From assembly GCA_963555825.3 (NCBI GenBank), contig CAUVXB020000001.1:1984001-2048000 (forward strand): a DNA stretch of 64,000 nt. Direction: 5' to 3'. Origin of the DNA: Alphaproteobacteria bacterium. GTDB lineage: Bacteria > Pseudomonadota > Alphaproteobacteria > JAAXGF01. How positions within the stretch are numbered: the stretch's first letter is position 1; each line of letters opens with the position of its first letter. Shown piece after piece: positions 1 to 7,906 of this stretch. A program made the position numbers and the translations under genes. The notes under the pieces are model-generated. The model was not told the DNA's origin. It ran no database searches and was given only the letters and a program-made list of their open reading frames with translations.

Positions 1-1
1 A

Positions 2-103
2 TACTGCGACGCCTGCTACACCGGCGATTATCCCGTGCCGCTGATCGACCGCGAGGGCGGCACCGACCGGCGTCAGCTATCCCTGCTGTCCGAATCGGAG
101 TGA
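2..103 (+). CDS. purF: amidophosphoribosyltransferase, C-terminal end only (gene starts before the window)
   Basis: Frame 2 reads YCDACYTGDYPVPLIDR...QLSLLSESE*, matching the PurF C-terminal CxAC(F/Y)TGxYP motif; its stop overlaps the next GTG. Confidence 0.85.
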   Translation, partial: YCDACYTGDYPVPLIDREGGTDRRQLSLLSESE

Positions 104-960
104 GCGGCGTGATCCAAGGCCGGCAGCGGCTCGCCGGTCGCGTTGCCTTGGTGACCGGCGCGTCGCGCGGTATCGGGGCGGCGGTCGCGCGCCGATTCGG
201 GGCGGAAGGCGCGCATGTCGTCGCCGTTGCGCGAACGGTCGGCGGTCTCGAAGAACTCGACGACGCGATCAAGGCGGTTGGCGGCGGCGCGACCCTGGTA
301 CCACTCGACCTTTGCGACTTCGACGCCATCGACCGGCTCGGCACCGCGGTCGCCGATCGTCACGGGCGCATCGACATCCTGGTCGGCAACGCCGCGATGC
401 TCGGCGGGCTACGCCCGATGGGCCACTTCGAGCCCGACGTCTGGGAGCGCGTGTTCGACCTCAACGTCACGGCCAATTGGCGCCTGATCCACAACTTCGA
501 CGCGTTGCTCCGGGCGTCCGATGCCGGCCGCGCGATCTTCGTCACCTCGAGTGTGACGCGCGGCACCTTCGCCTATTGGGGCGCTTACGCGGCCAGCAAG
601 GCGGCGCTCGAAAGCATGGTCGAGACCTATGCCGCCGAGCTGGCAAAGACGAACGTCCGCGTCAATCTGCTCGACCCCGGTATCGCGCGCACCGCGATGC
701 GCGCCGAGGCGATGCCGGGCGAGGACTCGATGTCGCTGCCGACCTCGCAGTGGCGGGCTGCCACTATTCGGGTAGACGCGTCGAGGCATAGCAGCCGTAC
801 TCTGAGCTACCGACTCGGGCACACAATTGACGCCGAATCGAGCCTTGTTAAATTGTCGACACCTCTGAAGGAATCTATAGCCGGCCGCGAGTCCTGCTGG
901 CCCAAACGCTGGCGCTGGGATTATGGCATTAGGCGCACCTACGCTCTAACATCCGAATAG
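100..960 (+). CDS. SDR family oxidoreductase (YciK-like); native C-terminus appears replaced by unrelated sequence after ~747
   Basis: TGASRGIG, NAA and YAASK motifs; family-like sequence ends at MPGEDSMSLPT, then ~70 aa of atypical tail in lower-GC DNA. Confidence 0.85.
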   Translation: MSGVIQGRQRLAGRVALVTGASRGIGAAVARRFGAEGAHVVAVARTVGGLEELDDAIKAVGGGATLVPLDLCDFDAIDRLGTAVADRHGRIDILVGNAAMLGGLRPMGHFEPDVWERVFDLNVTANWRLIHNFDALLRASDAGRAIFVTSSVTRGTFAYWGAYAASKAALESMVETYAAELAKTNVRVNLLDPGIARTAMRAEAMPGEDSMSLPTSQWRAATIRVDASRHSSRTLSYRLGHTIDAESSLVKLSTPLKESIAGRESCWPKRWRWDYGIRRTYALTSE

Positions 961-999
961 CGAGAAAATGTTCTGGTTTCTATATTTAACGTTTCGCGT

Positions 1000-1075
1000 C
1001 CGACACCCCATTATGGTATCATTACAGTAATAATTTTCACCATTTACATGATTATAAATTGTAAGGGAGGACGCC
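1000..1075 (+). promoter_or_regulatory. AT-rich promoter/RBS region of the protease islet
   Basis: Strongly AT-rich stretch, short palindrome attacagtaat (1021-1031), AGGGAGG Shine-Dalgarno just before ATG 1076. Confidence 0.5.
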
Positions 1076-1576
1076 ATGCGACCAGAATTGACAGTTGAAT
1101 CTCTCGAAGCGCTTAATGCCACTGAAGAGGATGTTAAGGCGCTCGGCGACGCGTACGAGACGCTCTCGGCTCGCTTTATGCCGGAGGCAACCGCCATTAT
1201 GGCCGAGGCCGCCATCGACCATCCGGAGGCGCCTGGAAACATCGTCGGCTTTGGAATTGGCGAGAAAATATCGAAGGGAGAGTCGACGGGACGTCCGGCG
1301 GTGAAGGTCCTCGTGCGCGCGAAGGTCGATCCGGACCGACTGACCGAAGCCACCATGGTCCCGGACGCGGTCGATGGTATTCCCACGGACATCGACGAGA
1401 CCGGAGAAATCGTCGCCTACCAGTTCAGGGGCAGGCACCGGCCAGCGCCGGGCGGCGTGTCCATCTTCAACTGTAGAGTGAACGCGGCGGGGACGCTCGG
1501 GTGCTGGGTCGACGACGCAAGCGATAAAAGCGCTAAATACGAAAAAAAGAACAAGAAGATCAAGCGTGCGTCTTGA
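1076..1576 (+). CDS. Nal1-like trypsin-fold serine protease, N-terminal part (0 frame)
   Basis: GNIVGFGIGEK...PAVKVLV...VPDAVDGIPTDIDETGEI then RPAPGGVSI...AGTLGC, typical of the N-terminal half of this family; stops before the catalytic His. Confidence 0.75.
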   Translation: MRPELTVESLEALNATEEDVKALGDAYETLSARFMPEATAIMAEAAIDHPEAPGNIVGFGIGEKISKGESTGRPAVKVLVRAKVDPDRLTEATMVPDAVDGIPTDIDETGEIVAYQFRGRHRPAPGGVSIFNCRVNAAGTLGCWVDDASDKSAKYEKKNKKIKRAS

Positions 1577-2163
1577 GCAACAACCACGTGATCGCCATGG
1601 TCAATGACGGCTCGCCGGGAGATCCAATCTCCCAGCCTGGAAGGCTCGATGGCGGGGTATGTCCAGACGATGTCATTGCCAGGCTCTTGCGTTTCGTTAC
1701 GATGAACTTTTCCGGCGGGAGCAACGAGGTCGACGCGGCGATCGCGCAAGCTGAATCCGAAAGAGTCGTCGAATCTCGCATCTTGCGTGCGGCAGGCCAA
1801 CTCGACAAGCTTGTACCGCCGGAAGTCAAAGGCGCGGTCAACATGAAGGTACAGAAGAGCGGCCGAACGACCGGGTGGACACACGGAGGGATCGATCTGT
1901 TGGGGGTCACCGTCAACGTGAACTATGCCCCTCCCGGCGCCCCGCCCAGAATCGCTCGCTTCGACAACCAATTCCGCGTCACCGTCCCTGGCGGAGGGGC
2001 CTTCAGCAAGGCCGGCGATTCCGGATCGTTGGTGACGACCGCGGAGAACCACCCGGTCGGACTGTTGTTCGCGGGCGGCGTCGGCGCGGGCGGCCTCGAC
2101 GTAACGTTCTGCAACCACATCGAGCTCGTCTTGTCCGCATTGGGCGTTACGATTCACTATTGA
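1573..2163 (+). CDS. Nal1-like serine protease, catalytic part (-1 frame relative to the upstream ORF)
   Basis: Triad motifs LSNNHV (His), VDAAIA (Asp), GDSGS (Ser), plus QPG, KSGRTTG and VGLLFAG. Confidence 0.8.
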   Translation: MSNNHVIAMVNDGSPGDPISQPGRLDGGVCPDDVIARLLRFVTMNFSGGSNEVDAAIAQAESERVVESRILRAAGQLDKLVPPEVKGAVNMKVQKSGRTTGWTHGGIDLLGVTVNVNYAPPGAPPRIARFDNQFRVTVPGGGAFSKAGDSGSLVTTAENHPVGLLFAGGVGAGGLDVTFCNHIELVLSALGVTIHY

Positions 2164-2184
2164 GCCCACGCACATGCGGCCGCC

Positions 2185-2544
2185 GTGGACGGGCCAACAT
2201 GGGGATTGATTTGGGTGTGGCGGCCGTTTGCACATGGGGGAGCGCCGTGCTACGCATGGCTGGCCGCTGGCGTAGCCGTCCTGCTGTTTGCCGGCTCCCT
2301 TGCGGCGGACGGCCAACTCGAAGTTACGGACGACATGGCTATCGAAAAGGTATTGGAGCGGCAACGGGAAGCGCTGATGCGCCGTCCCGAGGCCGTCGGC
2401 GTCGGAATCGGCGAGCGCGCGGGCAAGCCGGCGATCGTGCTCATGATCAAACGCAAGACGCCCGAGGCGCTGGCGGGGCTGCCCGCTGAAATCGACGGTC
2501 ATCCCTTGATCGTCGAAGAGGTCGGCGAGGTCACCGCGTACTGA
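2185..2544 (+). CDS. small, probably exported protein resembling the protease N-terminal domain; start uncertain
   Basis: Hydrophobic segment then VGVGIGE...PAIVLMI...LPAEIDGHPLIVEEVGEVTAY, which aligns by eye with VGFGIGE...PAVKVLV...VPDAVDGIPTDIDETGEIVAY. Confidence 0.65.
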   Translation: MDGPTWGLIWVWRPFAHGGAPCYAWLAAGVAVLLFAGSLAADGQLEVTDDMAIEKVLERQREALMRRPEAVGVGIGERAGKPAIVLMIKRKTPEALAGLPAEIDGHPLIVEEVGEVTAY

Positions 2545-2609
2545 ATGCCCCTCGGCTGGCCGTGTTCCGTATGCCTTCGCGGCCGGGCGAGCGACAAGCA
2601 GGCGCTGGC

Positions 2610-3965
2610 TTACCGACCACGACGCGTTCTACGGTCGGCGTAGGGGTTCTTGCCGGCGCGCAGCAGCAGGCGGATCGGCACGGCATCGAGACCGAATGCA
2701 TCGCGCAGGCGGTTGGTCAGGTAACGGCCGTACGAATCGGGCAATGCATTCGGCTTGCTGACGAACACCGCGAATGTCGGCGGCCGCGCCTTGACCTGAG
2801 TGACATAGCGAATCTTCAGCCGCCGGCCTTCGACCATGGGCGGCGGGTGTTCGCCGACCACATCCCTGAGCCAGCGGTTGAGCTTTCCGGTCGAGACGCG
2901 CTTGTTCCACAGGTCATAGATCTCGAACAGCTTCGGCATGAGCGTGTCGACGCCACGGCCGGTCAGGGCAGAGAACGTCACCAACGGCATGCCTCTCACC
3001 TGGGTCAACGATTCGCCGAGGCGTTCTTGGATGAGCGCGCGCATCGCGCGATCGTCCTTGACCAGATCCCATTTGTTGGCCGCGACGACGAGCCCGCGGC
3101 CTTCCTCGACGACGTGGCGCGCGATGTTCAAATCCTGGCGCTCGAGCGCCGCGAGCGCGTCGAGCACGAGCACGACGACCTCGGCGTGGCGAATGACGCG
3201 CAGCGTTTCACCGGCCGAGAGTTGTTCGAGCTTGACGTCGATCCGGGCGCGGCGACGCAAGCCCGCCGTGTCGACGAGGCGCACCGGCCGGTCCTTGTAC
3301 GACCATTCGACGGCGATCGAGTCGCGCGTGATGCCCGGTTCGGGTCCGGTGATCGATCGCTCGTCGCCGACCAGGCGGTTGAGCAGCGTCGACTTGCCGA
3401 CGTTCGGCCGGCCGATGATGGCGAGTTGCAGCGGCCGTTCATCCCTCGGTGCGGCGTCCTTGATGGCGGCCTCGGGCGCGTGGGCCGCCAGCGCGTCGTA
3501 AAGCTCGGCCATGCCCTCGCCGTGCTCGGCCGAGATCGCCACCGGATCGCCAAGGCCGAGCGCGTAGGCTCCGAAGAAACCTTCGTCGCCGCCGCGGCCC
3601 TCGCACTTGTTGACCACGGGGACGACCGGCGCGTCCAAACGACGCAGCACGTCGGCGAAGTGCTGGTCGACCGGCGTCACCCCGGCACGGCCATCGATCA
3701 CCAGCAGCGTCACGTCGGCGGCCTCGGCCGCGCGATCGGTCTGCGCCTGCATGCGGCCTTCGAGGCTGTCGGGGTCGGCCTCGGCGAGACCCGCGGTATC
3801 GATCACAGTGAAGCGCAGGGGGCCGAGCCGCGCTTCGCCCTCGCGGCGGTCGCGGGTCACGCCCGGCGTGTCGTCGACGATGGCGAGGCGGCGCCCGACC
3901 AGACGATTGAACAGGGTCGACTTGCCCACGTTCGGTCGGCCTACCACGGCTACGGTAAAGGTCAT
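2610..3965 (-). CDS. der: ribosome biogenesis GTPase Der (EngA)
   Basis: Two GRPNVGKST G1 motifs, two DTAG motifs, NKCE/NKWD, C-terminal KH-like domain; start MTFTVAVVG. Confidence 0.97.
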   Translation of the reverse strand: MTFTVAVVGRPNVGKSTLFNRLVGRRLAIVDDTPGVTRDRREGEARLGPLRFTVIDTAGLAEADPDSLEGRMQAQTDRAAEAADVTLLVIDGRAGVTPVDQHFADVLRRLDAPVVPVVNKCEGRGGDEGFFGAYALGLGDPVAISAEHGEGMAELYDALAAHAPEAAIKDAAPRDERPLQLAIIGRPNVGKSTLLNRLVGDERSITGPEPGITRDSIAVEWSYKDRPVRLVDTAGLRRRARIDVKLEQLSAGETLRVIRHAEVVVLVLDALAALERQDLNIARHVVEEGRGLVVAANKWDLVKDDRAMRALIQERLGESLTQVRGMPLVTFSALTGRGVDTLMPKLFEIYDLWNKRVSTGKLNRWLRDVVGEHPPPMVEGRRLKIRYVTQVKARPPTFAVFVSKPNALPDSYGRYLTNRLRDAFGLDAVPIRLLLRAGKNPYADRRTRRGR

Positions 3966-3975
3966 CTCGGGACGC

Positions 3976-5298
3976 CTATCGGAGCGCGACCAGATCGCCC
4001 TCGCTGGTGAAGACATAGACCGTGCCGTTGGCCACGGCAGGCGGCAAGTCGACACCGTCGGGGAGCTCGATCTGTCCCAAAATCCGCCCCGAATAGGGCG
4101 AAATCGAAACCGCCTGGCTGTTGGTGCCAACCACGATCAAGCGGTCGCTGACCAGGATCGGTCCGGTCCAATAGATCGGATCCTCGCGATCCTCCGGATC
4201 CTCGTAGCGCGGCAGCGATCGCACCCAACGAATGCGTCCGTCGCGCCGCGACAGGCACAGAACGTCGCCATCGGTCGTCAGCAGGAACAGAAAGTCGCCG
4301 GCAATCCACGGCGTCTGGACACCCGACACCTCCTGATCCCAAAGGCGATCGCCGGTGCGTAGGCTGATCGCGACCAGCCGCCCCGAGAAGCTCACCGCAT
4401 AGACCCTGTCGCGGTCGATCACCGGGCTGCCGTTGATGTCGCTCAGCACCGACGAAGCACCCAGCCGCGTGCCGAACGACAGGGTATCGCTCCAGGCGAC
4501 GCGGCCGTTGTCGGCGCGCAGTGCGAACAATTCGCCCGACGAGTAGGCCGTGACCACAAGCCCGCCCGCGACCGCCGGGCTCGCCGTGCCCAACAGCTGT
4601 GCGTTCTCGGTGATGCCGCTGTGCGTCCAAAGTACGCGGCCATCGAGCGCACTCAAGGCGAACAGCTGATTGTCATAGCTGACGACGAACAGCCGGCCCT
4701 CGCTCAACGTCGGCGACGAACGAATTGGCGCGCCGACCGCGACACGCCAGATCTCGCTGCCGTTCGACGCGTCGAACGCGACGACTTCGCCGACGCCGGT
4801 GGCTGCGAAAACGCGGCCACTGCCGTACGCGATACCGCCGCCGAAGGCATCGTCCTCTTCATCGTCGGGCAACGCGCCGGCTTCCCAGACGCGTCTGCCG
4901 GTCGACGCGTCGTGTGCGCTGATCGTGCTCTCGGCATCGAAAGTGTAGACCCGGCCGTCGGCGACGATCGGCGGCGCCATCAGACCACGGCCTTCGGAAT
5001 CGCCTTCGCCGGCGTCGGCGCTCCACGCCCGCGCCAACGGTCCCGGCGCCGCAATATGGTGCATCGCGTGGTTTGCATAGCCACCACTTTGCGGCCAGCT
5101 GAGGTTGAGCGTCGGTTTGGGCAGTCGAACCTCGAGATCGGCGATGCGTTCGTCAGGCTCCGGCGCGCGTTCGAGCGCCAGGACCGAAATCCGCTCGCCG
5201 GGCAGCGGTGGCGCCTCCGGCTCGCCCAGATAATCGGGAAGCAGGTCGCAGGCGCCGAGTGCGAGCGCGAACGTTGCGACAGCGGCCGCCCGCTTCAT
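3976..5298 (-). CDS. bamB: PQQ-like beta-propeller lipoprotein (BamB-like)
   Basis: Lipobox LGAC, repeated A.D...G...W propeller motifs, yfgM-bamB-der gene order. Confidence 0.85.
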   Translation of the reverse strand: MKRAAAVATFALALGACDLLPDYLGEPEAPPLPGERISVLALERAPEPDERIADLEVRLPKPTLNLSWPQSGGYANHAMHHIAAPGPLARAWSADAGEGDSEGRGLMAPPIVADGRVYTFDAESTISAHDASTGRRVWEAGALPDDEEDDAFGGGIAYGSGRVFAATGVGEVVAFDASNGSEIWRVAVGAPIRSSPTLSEGRLFVVSYDNQLFALSALDGRVLWTHSGITENAQLLGTASPAVAGGLVVTAYSSGELFALRADNGRVAWSDTLSFGTRLGASSVLSDINGSPVIDRDRVYAVSFSGRLVAISLRTGDRLWDQEVSGVQTPWIAGDFLFLLTTDGDVLCLSRRDGRIRWVRSLPRYEDPEDREDPIYWTGPILVSDRLIVVGTNSQAVSISPYSGRILGQIELPDGVDLPPAVANGTVYVFTSEGDLVALR

Positions 5299-5960
5299 TA
5301 TCCAGCGCCGCCGGGGCGGTCTCCGAGTATGGCGAGAAACTCGGCGGCCCGGCCGCGAACTTCTTGGGGCGCCGTGGCGTCGTCGACCAGACCGGTAAAG
5401 ATGTTGCGCGCGGCAGCCATCTCGCCGCGGCGAAACGCGAGTAGGCCGGCCAGCTCGCGAGCGCTCGCCCGCCATGGCGACGCCTCGGTCATGAGCGGCG
5501 CCAGTCGCGCATCGAGCTCGCTAGGCGCCGCTGAGTCCATTTGATAGAGCACCGCGAGAAAGGCCGCCAGGTCACGCAGGGCCTGGTCGGCGCCGCCGTC
5601 GTCGGCCAGCCGATCGAGCGCGGCAACCGCACCCGCGCTGTCGCCCGCCGCATTCAGCGCCTGGGCCTCGCGCAAACGGGCAAGTGCCGCATAACCGGCG
5701 CCGGCGTCCTCGGCGAGCTGTGCGAAACTCGCCGCGGCGGCCGCGGGCCGGTCCTCGGTCAAATGGGTCACGGCGACCGAGAACGCCGTCCCATCGCTCA
5801 GCCGCTTGCTGAGACTGTATTCCTTCCAGCCGACGCTGCCGGCGACGCCGAGCACGACGCCGAGCGCGGCGCCAATGACGTAGTTGCCGTATTTCCGCCA
5901 TTGCTTGAGCATTTGCTCATGGCGGACCTCCTCGTCGACTTCACGAAAAACGTCGGACAC
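5298..5960 (-). CDS. YfgM-like membrane-anchored TPR protein
   Basis: MSDVFREVDEEVR...W.KYG N-terminus, single TM segment, helical repeats; upstream of bamB. Confidence 0.85.
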   Translation of the reverse strand: MSDVFREVDEEVRHEQMLKQWRKYGNYVIGAALGVVLGVAGSVGWKEYSLSKRLSDGTAFSVAVTHLTEDRPAAAAASFAQLAEDAGAGYAALARLREAQALNAAGDSAGAVAALDRLADDGGADQALRDLAAFLAVLYQMDSAAPSELDARLAPLMTEASPWRASARELAGLLAFRRGEMAAARNIFTGLVDDATAPQEVRGRAAEFLAILGDRPGGAG

Positions 5961-6038
5961 GGGCGGTTCCAGAATGGCTGAAAAGGGCGGCTAAGATAGA
6001 CTGTGACGGTGGCGTTAGCAACCGGTCCCGTAACGGAT

Positions 6039-6596
6039 TTATGCGTCGTCGCGCCACTTGATCGAGCAGCCGATACTGGCGATCTGGTGGTCGGGCCCCT
6101 TGCCGGTCCGCGCCACCTGACGCATCGCTTCGTAGAGATCGCGGCTGGCGTCGGGCGCCGCTTCGGTGCGCGATTCGTCGAGCCGGCCGCGATAGCACAG
6201 CTCGTCGTCGGCGTTGAGGCCGAAGAAGTCCGGCGTACACACGGCGCCGTAGGCGCGCGCCACTTCCTGGCTTTCGTCGTAGAGGTAGGGAAACGGGAAG
6301 TTTTTCTCGACCGCGACGCGTTTCATGTTGTCGAACGAATCGGCCGGATAGGCGCTGACATCGTTCGACGAGATCGCGACGCAGGCGATGCCGTCGGCGG
6401 CGAGGTCGTTGGCGTCGCGCACGATGCGGTCGAACACGGCCTTCACATAGGGGCAGTGGTTGCAGATGAACATGACCAGCGTGCCGTGTTCGCCGCGCAG
6501 GGCGTCCAGCGAATGGCGCCCGCCGTCGACGCCGGGCAAATCGAAGCCCGGAGCCGTCCAGCCGGTATTACACTCGGGTGTCTCGGTCGCAACCAT
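6039..6596 (-). CDS. thioredoxin/AhpC-TSA family protein
   Basis: MFICNHCPYV, YPADSF, AVCTPDFF, SIGCSIKW motifs. Confidence 0.9.
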   Translation of the reverse strand: MVATETPECNTGWTAPGFDLPGVDGGRHSLDALRGEHGTLVMFICNHCPYVKAVFDRIVRDANDLAADGIACVAISSNDVSAYPADSFDNMKRVAVEKNFPFPYLYDESQEVARAYGAVCTPDFFGLNADDELCYRGRLDESRTEAAPDASRDLYEAMRQVARTGKGPDHQIASIGCSIKWRDDA

Positions 6597-6806
6597 GCGT
6601 CGGTCTCTCCTCACTAGTCCGGCCCAGGCGGGCGGCGCCCGCCTCGTCAGGACAATACATGATGAGCAGGCTGGACATCCAGAGTTACCGCGACTTCGGG
6701 CCACATGAGGGCCGACGACCGGCACCTGTCGAACGACGCCAACCGAGCGTGGGCCGCACCACGTTCGCGCTAGCCGTCGCTCGGCCGAGGCGATATATTC
6801 TAAACG

Positions 6807-6833
6807 CGACATCGACTTGTCATATTGTGACAC
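6807..6833. promoter_or_regulatory. candidate AraC/GlxA-type operator (CGACAT...TGACAC, 21-bp period)
   Basis: Half-sites at 6807 and 6828 upstream of the GlxA regulator; same spacing as the site at 15027/15048. Confidence 0.45.
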
Positions 6834-6854
6834 GAGCGAAACGAGGTCGGCGAC

Positions 6855-7823
6855 ATGGTCAACGTCACGCGGCCCGACAGCCCCGAGCGGATCGGCATCC
6901 TGCTGGTGCCCAACTTCTCGATGATGGCCTTCACCTCGGCGATCGAACCGATGCGTTCGGCCAATCGGATGAGCGGCCGCACGCTCTATAGCTGGCACTT
7001 GTTGTCCAAGGACGGCGGTCCCGTCGAGGCGAGCAACGGCATCGCCATCATGCCCGACGCGGCGCTGAGCGACGGCGCGATGATGCCGACGCTGATCGTC
7101 TGCGCCGGCATCGACGTGCACCTCTATCGCGACAAGGAGGTGTTCTCGTGGTTACGCAAAATCGCCCGCCAGGGCGCGCGCATCGGCGCGCTCTGCACCG
7201 GCAGCCATATCCTGGCGCGCGCCGGCCTGCTCGACGGCCACCGCTGCACGATCCACTGGGAAAACATCCCCGGCTTCGTCGAGGAGTTTCCCGACATCGA
7301 GGTCACCACCGAGCTGTTCGAGACCGGCGTCAACCGTTTCACCTGCTCGGGTGGCACCGCGGCGCTCGACATGATGCTCAACATGATCGCGACGCGCCAT
7401 GGCCACGATCTCGCCGCCGCGGTCTCCGACCAGTTCATTCACGACCGCATCCGCAGCGCCACCGATCACCAGCGCATGACGCTGCAGTCGCGCCTCGGCG
7501 TGCGCGACAACAAGCTGATCTCGGTCATCTCGCAAATGGAGGCCAACATCGAGGAACCGCTGTCGCGCACCGACCTCTCGGCCAGCGTCGGGTTGTCGAC
7601 CCGCCAACTCGAGCGGCTCTTCCGCAAGTATCTCGATGCGACGCCCAAACACTACTATCTCGAGCTCCGGCTGCACCGGGCGCGCCAGCTTCTCATGCAG
7701 ACCGGCATGTCGGTGCTCGACATCGCGCTCGCCTGCGGCTTCGTCTCGGCCTCGCATTTTTCGAAATGCTATCGCGAGTACTTCGGCAACACGCCACGCG
7801 AAGAGCACCGCACCGCCGCGTGA
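6855..7823 (+). CDS. GlxA/GbdR-family AraC transcriptional regulator
   Basis: N-terminal DJ-1/GATase-like domain (FSMMAF, ALCTGS, CTIHWEN, TCSGGTA) and C-terminal AraC HTH (RQLERLF, ACGFVSASHFSKCYR). Confidence 0.93.
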   Translation: MVNVTRPDSPERIGILLVPNFSMMAFTSAIEPMRSANRMSGRTLYSWHLLSKDGGPVEASNGIAIMPDAALSDGAMMPTLIVCAGIDVHLYRDKEVFSWLRKIARQGARIGALCTGSHILARAGLLDGHRCTIHWENIPGFVEEFPDIEVTTELFETGVNRFTCSGGTAALDMMLNMIATRHGHDLAAAVSDQFIHDRIRSATDHQRMTLQSRLGVRDNKLISVISQMEANIEEPLSRTDLSASVGLSTRQLERLFRKYLDATPKHYYLELRLHRARQLLMQTGMSVLDIALACGFVSASHFSKCYREYFGNTPREEHRTAA

Positions 7824-7906
7824 GCCCGCCCCCTGCCCCGCGAAAATAATCGTTACCGCGGCGATGCCGATGTGCTCGGCCGCGCGCGACGCGCGATCAA
7901 GAAAGA

